The notes beneath the pieces are model-generated. The model did not search any database and was not told the DNA's origin. It worked only from the letters and a program-made list of their open reading frames with translations. DNA of 64,000 nucleotides, taken from positions 1-64,000 of IMG/VR virus record IMGVR_UViG_3300042691_027621, one strand, 5' to 3'. The position numbers were made by a program, and so were the translations under genes. Positions 1 to 9,003 of this stretch are shown here, one piece after another (within the stretch, counting starts at the first letter, position 1; each line of letters begins with the position of its first letter). This DNA comes from an uncultured virus (IMG/VR IMGVR_UViG_3300042691_027621) (lineage: Duplodnaviria; Heunggongvirae; Uroviricota; Caudoviricetes).

Positions 1-1633
1 AGGTAAGATTCACATCCGCCCGTGCTATCTGGGCCGTGGTACGATTCTCTACGAATGTAGGATAGTAAATGGTTGTTAGGCCGTTTGTGTCTGTTACATC
101 AACGGTTACAGCATTGACCCCTGTGAGTTGTGAGCCATTACCTAAAATGTAGTTGCCTGAAATGTTAGCAGTAGTTGTAATATTAGCTGCTGAAACTAAC
201 GCACTCACAACGTTGCCACTCAAGCTCAAGCCTGCGGCATTTACGTTACCGCCAGTGATATTGGCTGTGGTTGTGATTGCACTTGTAGTATTGATTGCAC
301 TCACAACATTACCACTTAGACTCAACCCTGCGGCATTTACGTTACCGCCAGTGATATTACCAATTACTGATACCGTTGATCCGTTGTATGTTCCAGTAAT
401 ATTAACATTGCCACCAGCAATATTTCCACTTGCTAGCACATAATTAACGTGAAGATCTCCAGCGGTTACCAAATTGCCACCGCTGATGTTGCCAGTTGTG
501 ATGATGTTAGCTGTATCTGTACCAGAAGCTAGGTAGTTTGCTACATCAGCATTGCCATAGCTTGAAGCAACGCCTGTTAGGAAAGCACCGTTACCTAAAA
601 TGTAATTACCGCTGACGTTGGCACCACTGAGAATGTTACCTGAAGCACTGATTACGCCTGTTACATATTCACCTGTTGCGGCAAATGTAGCAACACTGGT
701 ACCAGCCGCACCCACAGTAACGTTGCCCGAAGCGGCTGCTACCACATTGGATGTGCCATTCACAATCGATGTTGGAGTTCCGCCACCGGATATACCAGTT
801 AGCAACGAACCATTACCAATAAAGAAGTTACCGCTGATGTTGGCTGTGGTTGTGACATTGCCTTGTAGTGCTACCAAGTTGCCCGTGTATGTGGGCAAGT
901 ATGCAGCCACGTTAGCATTTGAATAGTTACCTGCTGGCAAGTTCGTCAGCTGACTACCATCACCAAGAATAAATGCACCAGTTACGTTGCCACTTGCACT
1001 TACATTGGCAGCAGTAATTGCGCCAGAATATGTGGGCAAATAAGCCGCTACGTTGGCATTGCTGTAGTTTGCTGAGATACCAGTTAGTTGGCTACCATTA
1101 CCAAGGAAAAATCCTGCTGTGACGTTGCCTGTGGTTAATATAGGATTTGAACCAAATGCTGCCAAATTGGCTGCTACGTTGGCGTTACCATATGCAGTGA
1201 TTGTGCCAGAACCAGACAACACAGTCTGTTGTCCTGACTCATTGGTCATTATGATTGAAGTTGCGTTGGCGCTGATTGAAGCATTGCCAAGGAAGATAGT
1301 ACCATTGGCTAGGAACAAGTCATTGAACGCATTGGTTGCACTACCAATGTTTTTTAATACGTTGCCAGCAGGCAATAAGTTGCCTGAAATTGTTAAATCT
1401 GTGCTGGAGAATACTGCTACGTTTCCTACACCTGCAACTTGAACTGTTACATTGGCTCCTGATCCACTGATGCTGACATTAGATGATCCATTAGTAATTG
1501 CCGCGCCACCGGATGCTACGATACCAGTAAGTGCAGCACCGTTACCAACAAAGTATGTGGCCAAAACATTTCCAGCCGATTGGATATTACCCGATGCGCT
1601 TATGCCTGTGGTGCCGTCTAGTTGAATTGCCAT
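1..1633 (-). CDS. Asn/Gly-rich repetitive tail fibre/adhesin-like virion protein (3' end runs off the window; absent from the ORF track)
   Basis: ATG at 1633 after a GGA SD-like sequence and a TAAATA box. Manual translation MAIQLDGTTGISASGNIQSAGNVLATYFVGNGAALTGI... stays open to position 1, with repeated F/ILGNGSxLTG, YSNANVAAYLPTY and GNITGGN motifs. Confidence 0.85.
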   Translation of the reverse strand, partial: MAIQLDGTTGISASGNIQSAGNVLATYFVGNGAALTGIVASGGAAITNGSSNVSISGSGANVTVQVAGVGNVAVFSSTDLTISGNLLPAGNVLKNIGSATNAFNDLFLANGTIFLGNASISANATSIIMTNESGQQTVLSGSGTITAYGNANVAANLAAFGSNPILTTGNVTAGFFLGNGSQLTGISANYSNANVAAYLPTYSGAITAANVSASGNVTGAFILGDGSQLTNLPAGNYSNANVAAYLPTYTGNLVALQGNVTTTANISGNFFIGNGSLLTGISGGGTPTSIVNGTSNVVAAASGNVTVGAAGTSVATFAATGEYVTGVISASGNILSGANVSGNYILGNGAFLTGVASSYGNADVANYLASGTDTANIITTGNISGGNLVTAGDLHVNYVLASGNIAGGNVNITGTYNGSTVSVIGNITGGNVNAAGLSLSGNVVSAINTTSAITTTANITGGNVNAAGLSLSGNVVSALVSAANITTTANISGNYILGNGSQLTGVNAVTVDVTDTNGLTTIYYPTFVENRTTAQIARADVNLT

Positions 1634-1657
1634 TTATTCAGTCCTTTAATCTTATAT

Positions 1658-2275
1658 TTATGGTACCACATTGAATGTCGATGAGCTGGGTACAGTAATA
1701 GACAATCCGCTAGGGATTGTCAAGGGGCTTACCATCATTGCAGATACATTGGCCTGTACTGTAATGTTAGCTGAAAGTGTACGAGGAGTTGCGATTACAC
1801 CGTTGACAAACAATGATGTTTGACTCACAGTGACTACATTGCCTGTGCCAGAAATGCCAATGGTCACATTGCCGTTGGCCGTGCCAATAGACACATTGGA
1901 GGTACCGTTTACAATGGCCTGACCGTTGCCAGACCCGCCAGAAATACCAGTTAGCAAACTACCGTTACCAACAAAATAACCAGCATAGATTGTGTCAAAT
2001 CGCAAACTGTTGCTGCCAATATCATGCACATTGCTGATATTAGGTAGTATACTGGCGTTGGCTTGTATTACACCAATGCCATTGGGTTTGAGAACAATGT
2101 TGGTATTTGTAGTAGTGGTTGTGATGGTGTTGTTGGCAATTTGTATATTGCTACCAACCGGTCCAGCTGTATAAATTTCAGTGAAATTACTATTGACCGC
2201 TTCAAACGCATTGCGCAACGGTTCGCCAGTGCCATCGTTAGCATTTGCACCAATATCGATTATCTGTTGAGACAT
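1658..2275 (-). CDS. Baseplate/fibre protein with a T4 gp9/gp10-type N-terminal domain
   Basis: The N-terminus QQIIDIGANANDGTGEPLRNAFEAVNSNFTEIY matches the gp9/gp10 INIG..DDGTGD.LR....KIN.NF.ELY motif. It shares FVGNGSLLTGISGG with neighbouring fibres. Confidence 0.75.
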   Translation of the reverse strand: MSQQIIDIGANANDGTGEPLRNAFEAVNSNFTEIYTAGPVGSNIQIANNTITTTTTNTNIVLKPNGIGVIQANASILPNISNVHDIGSNSLRFDTIYAGYFVGNGSLLTGISGGSGNGQAIVNGTSNVSIGTANGNVTIGISGTGNVVTVSQTSLFVNGVIATPRTLSANITVQANVSAMMVSPLTIPSGLSITVPSSSTFNVVP

Positions 2276-2333
2276 TACAATCCAAGTCCTTTGGTTGTAT
2301 TTACCAAAAGGTTTAGACTGCTGTTTTGTGGAA

Positions 2334-2357
2334 AACTGCGTTAGTAATACCGCAGTT
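2334..2357 (-). terminator. Possible intrinsic terminator after the 958-aa fibre gene
   Basis: AACTGCG/CGCAGTT 7-bp stem followed by a short U run on the minus strand. Confidence 0.4.
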
Positions 2358-2369
2358 GGCGTTTTTTAA

Positions 2370-5246
2370 TTAGATTCTGCCCACTACCACTTCAATGGTG
2401 CCTTGATCACCGTCAAAGTTTTCCAGGGCTTTGCCTATCACTGCGCCTACTGACGGATTGTCACAGGCCTGTGCTCGGCCGTTGCCTGCGCTGACCATCA
2501 TGTCACCTTTGGCAACAGGGCCTTGTACCAAACAAGGCACACGACCTTGCAGCGCAACCACAGCAGTGTGCTCTGCTTCCAGTCCGGCATTCATGAGATA
2601 GCTGGGTTTGGCAGAAACTACTCCGGCTATTCTGCGATCGTTAGCAGTTGTGCTTGCTGTGACTTCAGCTGTGCCGCCAAAGCTGACCACTGTGCCCGGC
2701 AGATAGAACTGATCTGCTGTGTACTTTTCTGCCAAGTCAGCGTACAGTGCTGTGGTTGCTGTGGCAAAAACTTGGTTGAAATAACTTGAGGCACTACCAA
2801 TGTTGCCCACAGCATTGGTACCTGTGTGAGTGATACTGTTGACACTCAGGATACCTGCGGTGCCGCTGGTTATTAGGTTGCCGCTGGTGATGTTGGCAGT
2901 GACAGTTAAACTGCTCAATGTGCCTACGCTGGTGATGTTGTTTTGTGCTGCTGTTGCGATGGTACCTAATAAATTACCACCCGAAATGTTTGCGGTTGTA
3001 GTGATATTGGCTGCGGTATTGATTGCGCTGACCACGTTGCCACTCAAACTCAATCCGGTAGCTTGTAGATTGCCGCCTATCAAATTACCAGTGGCTGATA
3101 CTAGCCCGCCTGTGTTGATGTTGCCCCCAGTGACGTTGCCACTGACAGAAATAGATGAACCAGTGATTGCAGAGCCAACAATGGTGCCAATTAAGTTGCC
3201 CCCAGTGATGTTACCAGTTCCGCTAACAGAACCAGACCCAAACGCAACACTTCCTACATGCGTACCTAATAAATTACCACCTGAAATATTTGCAGTTGTA
3301 GTGATATTGGCTGCGGTATTGATTGCACTGACCACGTTGCCGCTCAAACTCAATCCAGTGGCTTGTAGATTACCACCTATCAAATTACCAGTGGCCGATA
3401 CCAATCCACCTGTGGTGATATTGCCGCCGCGCACGTTGCCAACTGCTGATACTAGCCCGCCAGTGTTGACATTTCCACCAGAGATATTACCAGTGGCTGT
3501 AACTAACCCTGCTGTGCTCAAGTTGCCAACTGTGGCATTTCCAACAACAATCACAGATGTTAAGTTGCCTACCGATGTAATGTTGGCCTGGGCTGCATTG
3601 GTCACTGTGGCTGCGGTACCTGACACGTTGCCTGTGACGTTAATGGTGTAACTTCCACTCAAACGATCTGAACTTACAGTTCCTGATGTTAGTGCGTTGG
3701 CATTGATGTTATTGGTCAACAACGTACCAATATTAGCTGTACCAGTTACAAGAATGTTGGCTGCGTTTACATTGCCAGTGACACTGACGTTAGCAGAAGC
3801 ATTTACGTTGGCAGCAGAAACGTTGCCAGTGACACTTACCGCTCCAATGAAATTTGCGCCGCCTGGCCATAACACCATAATGTTACCAATAGCGTTGACA
3901 GTGGCAAAAATGTTTCCATTAGGACTAGATACTGCCAAAAGTGTTGTACCGCTAGAGATTTGGCTGACTGCAAGATTAGATACCGCAGTTACGTTTGACA
4001 AGAACCCGCCGTCGCCGATGAAGAAGGCACCGCCTTGAGCAGTAATATTTCCAACTGAATAAACTTGTCCAGCAGAATAAACTGCGCCAGCGTTGACGTT
4101 GCCTGTGGCAGATACTAGACCACCAGTGACTAGATTAGCGCCAGTGACGTTGCCTGTGGCTGTGACGTTGCCTGTGGCTGTGAGCATGCCAGTGCTGACC
4201 ACATTTCCAGCATTTATATTATTGGCAATCACGTTGCCTTGTGCAGTGACAATGCCTTGAGTAATTAAATTTGTGCCAGTGATATTGCCTACGGCAGTGA
4301 TTTGAGCATCACTGACTATGTTACCGCCTCGAACGTTGCCTGTGGCCAGTATACCCCCTGCACCTGCGGTGATTGATCCTGCGGTAATAAGGTTACCACC
4401 ATTGATATTACCTGTAACAGTAACTAGTCCGGCAGTGACAAGGTTGCCGCCAGTGATATTACCTGTAGAGGTTATCAATCCTGCGGTAATTATATTTCCG
4501 CCTGTTAGGTTGCCAACTGCTTGTAGTGTGCTACTAAAATAACCCGTGCCAGTAACACCAAATGTTGTAGTAGGTTCTGCATTAGCAATACCAACATTGC
4601 CATTTGGTAAAACAGTTACCACCACAGATGGAGTAACGGTCGTTCCTGTTAAAATTTCTAGTTTAGCGTTTCCTGTTGCATCAGTATATGTTGAACGTAA
4701 CGCCGTGGCTACACGAGCACCTGGAGTAGTAACGTCAGCAGTAAACCATTCAATTGCACCTACTACTGTGTTGGCCGTAGCTGTAGTATCTGTGTCCTGG
4801 AATCTCATAGTGGGCTGAGCTGCGCTGGCGTCTCGTTGAATTGTAATATTGCCCAAAGAAACTACGTTGCCGCTGCGAACGTTGCCGGTAGCACTAACAA
4901 GCCCGCCGGTGTTGATGTTTGCTCCAGTGACGTTACCTGTAGCCGATAACACTCCACTAATGAAAGCACCAGTATTAGCAAAAACAGCCACGTTGCTGGT
5001 GCCGTAAACACCAATGGTCACATTACCGCCTAGCCCCGACGATAATACTTGAACGTTGGAGTTACCTGAGAAAATTTGACTTACTGAAAGATTACCAGTT
5101 AAACTGGTATTTCCAGTAACAGTTAAATTGCCATCGACTACAACGTCAGCTTGTGCATTTCCTAGACCGCTAGAAAGGGTAATGCTGTCCCCTACTCCCA
5201 GCGTTTGAATGGTGTAGTCACCGTTGACAATTTTATAAGTGGCCAT
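2370..5246 (-). CDS. Long tail fibre with GNVTGGN repeats and a C-terminal intramolecular chaperone (peptidase G2-like) domain
   Basis: Dozens of (A/T)GN(V/I)TG(G/A)N repeats. C-terminal YADLAEKY...PGTVV...VALQGRVPC.V.GPV.KGD...VIGKALE pattern typical of self-cleaving fibre chaperones. Confidence 0.8.
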   Translation of the reverse strand: MATYKIVNGDYTIQTLGVGDSITLSSGLGNAQADVVVDGNLTVTGNTSLTGNLSVSQIFSGNSNVQVLSSGLGGNVTIGVYGTSNVAVFANTGAFISGVLSATGNVTGANINTGGLVSATGNVRSGNVVSLGNITIQRDASAAQPTMRFQDTDTTATANTVVGAIEWFTADVTTPGARVATALRSTYTDATGNAKLEILTGTTVTPSVVVTVLPNGNVGIANAEPTTTFGVTGTGYFSSTLQAVGNLTGGNIITAGLITSTGNITGGNLVTAGLVTVTGNINGGNLITAGSITAGAGGILATGNVRGGNIVSDAQITAVGNITGTNLITQGIVTAQGNVIANNINAGNVVSTGMLTATGNVTATGNVTGANLVTGGLVSATGNVNAGAVYSAGQVYSVGNITAQGGAFFIGDGGFLSNVTAVSNLAVSQISSGTTLLAVSSPNGNIFATVNAIGNIMVLWPGGANFIGAVSVTGNVSAANVNASANVSVTGNVNAANILVTGTANIGTLLTNNINANALTSGTVSSDRLSGSYTINVTGNVSGTAATVTNAAQANITSVGNLTSVIVVGNATVGNLSTAGLVTATGNISGGNVNTGGLVSAVGNVRGGNITTGGLVSATGNLIGGNLQATGLSLSGNVVSAINTAANITTTANISGGNLLGTHVGSVAFGSGSVSGTGNITGGNLIGTIVGSAITGSSISVSGNVTGGNINTGGLVSATGNLIGGNLQATGLSLSGNVVSAINTAANITTTANISGGNLLGTIATAAQNNITSVGTLSSLTVTANITSGNLITSGTAGILSVNSITHTGTNAVGNIGSASSYFNQVFATATTALYADLAEKYTADQFYLPGTVVSFGGTAEVTASTTANDRRIAGVVSAKPSYLMNAGLEAEHTAVVALQGRVPCLVQGPVAKGDMMVSAGNGRAQACDNPSVGAVIGKALENFDGDQGTIEVVVGRI
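2962..3401. repeat. Intragenic 140-nt direct repeat (2962-3101 and 3262-3401)
   Basis: Direct alignment shows 10 mismatches, all transitions. The encoded peptide VSATGNLIGGNLQATGLSLSGNVVSAINTAANITTTANISGGNLLGT is identical in both copies. Confidence 0.9.
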
Positions 5247-5831
5247 TTACAGATCCTTTGTGTTATTTATTCTGTTCAAGAACTCTGTCATTGGCATGGT
5301 TGTGTAGTTAGTGACACTTTCAAATTCTTTCACGTGCACAGTGGTATCGCCTATGACCCTTACAAACGGTGTTTTAGCGTGATCGCGCATGACCGTGGCC
5401 AGTTGTCTAGCCCAGTTGCCAGTATAGGTGGGCACAGCAGAACTTTTTTTGTAAAATTCTGAATCAGCATACACATTGTTGAATTTATTGTTTACAGGAC
5501 CCATATCAAAGCCCACAAGATAGACAATTTTAGCTCGATCAAAGCAGGCAATGCTGGCAGCAATAGGACCCGAACTGAAGCCATAGTACTTTTGCGGCAC
5601 ACTCAACGCTCCTAGATTTGCTATTGGCCGCCGGGTATAAAATCTATGATTTTTAGCATAGCCTTCGGTTTGTATTCTTTCGCTAATAGGACGGTCAGTG
5701 CTGACTAGTACTGTGGGCACAAAGTCCCTATAGAGAGCGTTGCAGCCATAGATATTGCCCATGTGACGCAGGTTGTTGAGATCTACCTGCTGTCTACTTA
5801 CTCCATTACCTAATACAAATGCTGCGGTCAT
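5247..5831 (-). CDS. DUF115/Maf/MptE-like domain protein (putative sugar-transferase-related)
   Basis: AFVLGNGVSR, YGCNALYRD, LVSTD, SSGPIA and VYLVGFDM motifs resemble this family. Strong AGGAGG SD. Confidence 0.55.
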   Translation of the reverse strand: MTAAFVLGNGVSRQQVDLNNLRHMGNIYGCNALYRDFVPTVLVSTDRPISERIQTEGYAKNHRFYTRRPIANLGALSVPQKYYGFSSGPIAASIACFDRAKIVYLVGFDMGPVNNKFNNVYADSEFYKKSSAVPTYTGNWARQLATVMRDHAKTPFVRVIGDTTVHVKEFESVTNYTTMPMTEFLNRINNTKDL

Positions 5832-5836
5832 AAAAA

Positions 5837-5863
5837 ATCCTCCTAGTAGTTATCTAGGAGGAT
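5837..5863 (-). promoter_or_regulatory. 10-bp hairpin that could act as terminator and RBS-sequestering stem, with a late-promoter-like loop
   Basis: The minus strand reads ATCCTCCTAG-ATAACTA-CTAGGAGGAT-TTTTT-ATG. Confidence 0.7.
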
Positions 5864-5880
5864 CCTGGAGTTACACCAAA

Positions 5881-6633
5881 TTAGGAGGTAACGTTGTCTA
5901 CCAAAGCCAGATTGACAGTGGTTTGAGCAGTACCAGACTTGATTACTGTGCCTTCGTCTGTGAAGAAGTTGGCAACGTAACGAACATCGTTAGTAACTTC
6001 AGATTGAGTAAATCCTGAACCGCCAGTGAAGTCCAACAAGAATTTGTTGGTTAGCTTGCTGATTGGGGTAGCAGTAGAGTCACCTGTGGCTTCTGTGAAT
6101 GTAATGCACATTAGACCAGCTGCTGGTGTTGTGTCATTGTCCAGTACACAGACCCCAACACTGTAGGCAGAACCATTGCCGCCACCGTCGGCACCAGTTG
6201 CTGTGAAAATTCCGCCTACTGCAAGGTCAGCTTCTGCACCAATTGATTGCCAATTGGTGGTGCCTAACGCAGCAACTTGATATGCTTGTCCAACCACAAA
6301 ACTGCCGTCGTTAACGCCTGTGACATCGCCAACTAGATATTTGCGGGAACCTTTCTGACGAATGACGTAGCCTTGAGCTACACCTATACCTGAGCCCGAA
6401 GGATCAGCAATGTTAACAATTACATCAACACGAGGAAATGTAGCACTAGGGGTGTCTGTAGGTGTTGCTCCGCCGACCACGCCCAAGAATTGGGTAGAAT
6501 TCAGTGTGTCGGATGAATTGACCACAGGATTGGTCAGGCTTGCGAAATTTGGAAAACCAAGGTCAACACTGACGCTAGCGCCGCCGTTGCCTGAACCAGT
6601 GGAAATTTTTTGTATTTTTAGAGGACGTCCCAT
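5881..6633 (-). CDS. Conserved phage late protein, probably a virion structural protein
   Basis: MGRPLK N-terminus and IRQKGSRKYLV motif; Gly/Thr-rich; AAGGAG SD; preceded by a perfect TATAAATA. Confidence 0.6.
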   Translation of the reverse strand: MGRPLKIQKISTGSGNGGASVSVDLGFPNFASLTNPVVNSSDTLNSTQFLGVVGGATPTDTPSATFPRVDVIVNIADPSGSGIGVAQGYVIRQKGSRKYLVGDVTGVNDGSFVVGQAYQVAALGTTNWQSIGAEADLAVGGIFTATGADGGGNGSAYSVGVCVLDNDTTPAAGLMCITFTEATGDSTATPISKLTNKFLLDFTGGSGFTQSEVTNDVRYVANFFTDEGTVIKSGTAQTTVNLALVDNVTS

Positions 6634-6732
6634 TTGTTTTCTCCTTAAAGAAGTCCGATGTGGGTTCTAGCCACTACGCGGTGGGTTTAAAGTACCGCAT
6701 AAAACACCGTATTGTGTTGACAAGTATTTATA
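6634..6732 (-). promoter_or_regulatory. Late promoter TATAAATA (6725-6732) followed by a structured ~90-nt 5' leader
   Basis: Four short hairpins lie between the promoter and the ATG, the last one covering the SD. AACCCAC occurs twice. Confidence 0.6.
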
Positions 6733-6772
6733 GAAATAGCAGATATACCTCAAGTTGCCATTAAATATCCAC

Positions 6773-7921
6773 ATGAACCCCAACGAACTTATTGAAACTG
6801 GAAACCAATTTAGATCCAAAAACCAACCCGAACAAGCATTAAGTTGCTATGCGCAGGCCTTTGTTCAAGATCGACACTATGCCGCTGCATTCAACAACTA
6901 CGGCAATGTACTGCGAGAAGTTGGAGAACCAGAAAATGCCGTTCCGTTTTTACAACGTGCAATACAGTTGGATCCTAATAACATCACTGCCAAATTTAAT
7001 CTAGCCATTGCTTATTTGTTGGCTGGAGATTACAAACAAGGATGGCCCGCCTATGAACATCGCTGGGACTACGAGCACCTAGCAGGAACCATGCCGCCAT
7101 TTACTAAACCAAGATGGCGTGGAGAAGATCTTCGAGGTAAAACTATTCTAGTTGTAGGCGAACAAGGCCATGGGGACAATATTCAGTTTGTGAGGTTTTT
7201 ATACAACCTGCATGTGATGGGTGCAGAGATTATACTGCAAGTAACTGACGGGCTGATTCCGTTATTGAAATCCAGTGCCATACTAAAACGAGTCACAGGA
7301 TACGATTACAGCATTGACGATTTTGATGTTTGGACTCCCATAATGAGTATTCCCGGACTGCTAGGGGTGGACTTGTCTAACTTACCTCGTCCTGTGAACT
7401 ATCTCAACGCAGATGCTGGGCTACAAAAACAGTGGCTTGCTTACTTTGGTCCAAAAACAAAAATGCGAGTAGGATTCAGTTGGAGTGGTCGTCGAGACAA
7501 CTGGTTGAATCGTCACAAAGGCATGCCATTTGATCAAATGATGGAATTGATCAAATCAAATCCTCAATACGAATGGATTAACTTGCAGGCAGACTGTACT
7601 CCAGAAGAAGAGATGCAGCTCAAACAAGCAGGCGCACATTGTTTGCCGCCTAATCCAAACATGTGGGCTGACACCGCTGCTCAGATGATGAGCATGGATG
7701 TAATTGTCAGCGTCGATACTGCTGTGGCCCATTTGGCTGCGGCCCTGGGTCGTCCTACCTGGCTAATGTTGAATTGGTTTGGGGTTGATTGGCGTTGGTT
7801 AACCAAACGGGAAGATAGTCCTTGGTACTCGACTATGCGTGTGTTTAGACAACCTGCTATGGGAGACTGGGTAAGTGTGACTCGCAAGGTTGGCCAGTAT
7901 CTGTCGTGGTTCAAGGTATAA
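6773..7921 (+). CDS. TPR-repeat protein with a C-terminal GT-B (family 9-like) glycosyltransferase domain
   Basis: TPR repeats (AFNNYGNVLREVG, AKFNLAIAYL), then W.GEDLRGKTILVVGEQGHGDNIQFVRF, DVIVSVDTAVAHLAAALGRPTW and SPWYSTMRVFRQ. Start moved to ATG 6773, just after TAAATA at 6762-6767. Confidence 0.85.
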   Translation: MNPNELIETGNQFRSKNQPEQALSCYAQAFVQDRHYAAAFNNYGNVLREVGEPENAVPFLQRAIQLDPNNITAKFNLAIAYLLAGDYKQGWPAYEHRWDYEHLAGTMPPFTKPRWRGEDLRGKTILVVGEQGHGDNIQFVRFLYNLHVMGAEIILQVTDGLIPLLKSSAILKRVTGYDYSIDDFDVWTPIMSIPGLLGVDLSNLPRPVNYLNADAGLQKQWLAYFGPKTKMRVGFSWSGRRDNWLNRHKGMPFDQMMELIKSNPQYEWINLQADCTPEEEMQLKQAGAHCLPPNPNMWADTAAQMMSMDVIVSVDTAVAHLAAALGRPTWLMLNWFGVDWRWLTKREDSPWYSTMRVFRQPAMGDWVSVTRKVGQYLSWFKV

Positions 7922-7988
7922 TCTAGTACAATACACATGTATCCAATATAAGATACAATACTAGCAAGGTCGTTAAACTATATTATTG

Positions 7989-8032
7989 ACCCCAACTACT
8001 CCTGGCATGACCCGCCTGGATGTTGGGGTTTT
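7989..8032 (+). terminator. Long hairpin/terminator between convergent genes
   Basis: ACCCCAAC (7989-7996) pairs with GTTGGGGT (8022-8029), with an inner TCCTGGC/GCCTGGA stem, followed by TTT. Confidence 0.55.
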
Positions 8033-8044
8033 CACATAGACAAT

Positions 8045-8932
8045 TTAGGTGTAATAAACAATCTCACCTGTTGTGGGATTGTATGCCATTTGATAAAAGC
8101 CCGCAGGTAATCCACTGGATCCACCGTTGCGCACAGGTTTCACTGTGAATGTGTTGGCTGTGGTTTGTTGTAGGTCTGTGCCTGTGGCATTGATGATGAT
8201 TGAGTTGTTGCCCTGATTCAATTCACCAGCATAGTAACCAATGGCCACTGCTGAGTTGCCTTGTGCGGTACTGCCAGCCAAGTAACCAATGGCCACTGCA
8301 CGATTTGCTTGTGAAGTAGCACCAGCATCTGTACCAATAGCCACGGCCTGGATGCCTTGTGTGTTAGTACCAGCACCAGCACCAACGGCCACTGCGGCAT
8401 TACCTTGATTGTTTTCTCCAGCTGAGTCCCCAATAGCAACTGCAACTTCTCCCTGAAAACTCAGCCCAGCACTTAATCCAATGGCCACTGCGTTAACACC
8501 TTGTGCATCATAACCAGCCGATGAACCAACGGCTATGGCTCCCGAGCCTTGAAATGTGTTGCCACCAGTATTCAGACCGATTGAAATGGATGCGGCGCCT
8601 TGTCCGCCTTGACCAGCATATTGACCTAGGGCTATGGCTGCATTGGCCTGGCCGTCAAGTCCGGCATTTTGGCCCAGGGCTATGGTATTGGGACCTGCGG
8701 CACCTGTTTTGTTGCTTAACAGTGCCCAGGTTGTTGCGCCACTGGGTGTAGCAACTGCTGTGAGTTCGCCCAGTGCATTGCCTATGTACAAAATAGTTGT
8801 GGCTTGATCTACCACAAGTTCCCCAGGTCTAGCATTGCCGTTGTAGTTTGCCAATGTCTCTTGAGCATTGTCCTTCATTGCGGCACGTGAAATGCCTGTG
8901 ATGTTGTCGTATGGTGGTGGTGGATTGGCCAT
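8045..8932 (-). CDS. Fibre/adhesin with YadA-head-like (trimeric autotransporter) beta-roll repeats
   Basis: About ten 16-aa repeats of the form Q(G)xxA(V/I)A(I/V)GxxAG. Confidence 0.75.
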   Translation of the reverse strand: MANPPPPYDNITGISRAAMKDNAQETLANYNGNARPGELVVDQATTILYIGNALGELTAVATPSGATTWALLSNKTGAAGPNTIALGQNAGLDGQANAAIALGQYAGQGGQGAASISIGLNTGGNTFQGSGAIAVGSSAGYDAQGVNAVAIGLSAGLSFQGEVAVAIGDSAGENNQGNAAVAVGAGAGTNTQGIQAVAIGTDAGATSQANRAVAIGYLAGSTAQGNSAVAIGYYAGELNQGNNSIIINATGTDLQQTTANTFTVKPVRNGGSSGLPAGFYQMAYNPTTGEIVYYT

Positions 8933-8954
8933 ACTTTACTTATGATATTGTTGT

Positions 8955-8988
8955 CAACAAAAAACCCGCCGAAGCGGGTTTTTTGTTT
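8955..8988 (-). terminator. Rho-independent terminator after the major capsid gene (cUUCGg loop, bidirectional tracts)
   Basis: The minus strand reads AAAAAACCCGC-TTCG-GCGGGTTTTTTG. Confidence 0.95.
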
Positions 8989-9003
8989 GGGTGCAATCTC
9001 TGA

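Noticed and set aside
2962..3401. 140-nt repeat pair as a possible diversity-generating retroelement TR/VR
   Set aside because: All 10 differences leave the peptide unchanged and are not confined to adenines of one copy. Both copies are in frame mid-gene, and no reverse transcriptase is present in the window.
153..4818. Plus-strand ORFs rich in LPPV/TLP (153-443, 618-926, 2830-3651, 3697-4038 and others)
   Set aside because: They are antisense shadows of the GNVTGGN-repeat fibre genes, with no SD or promoter support.
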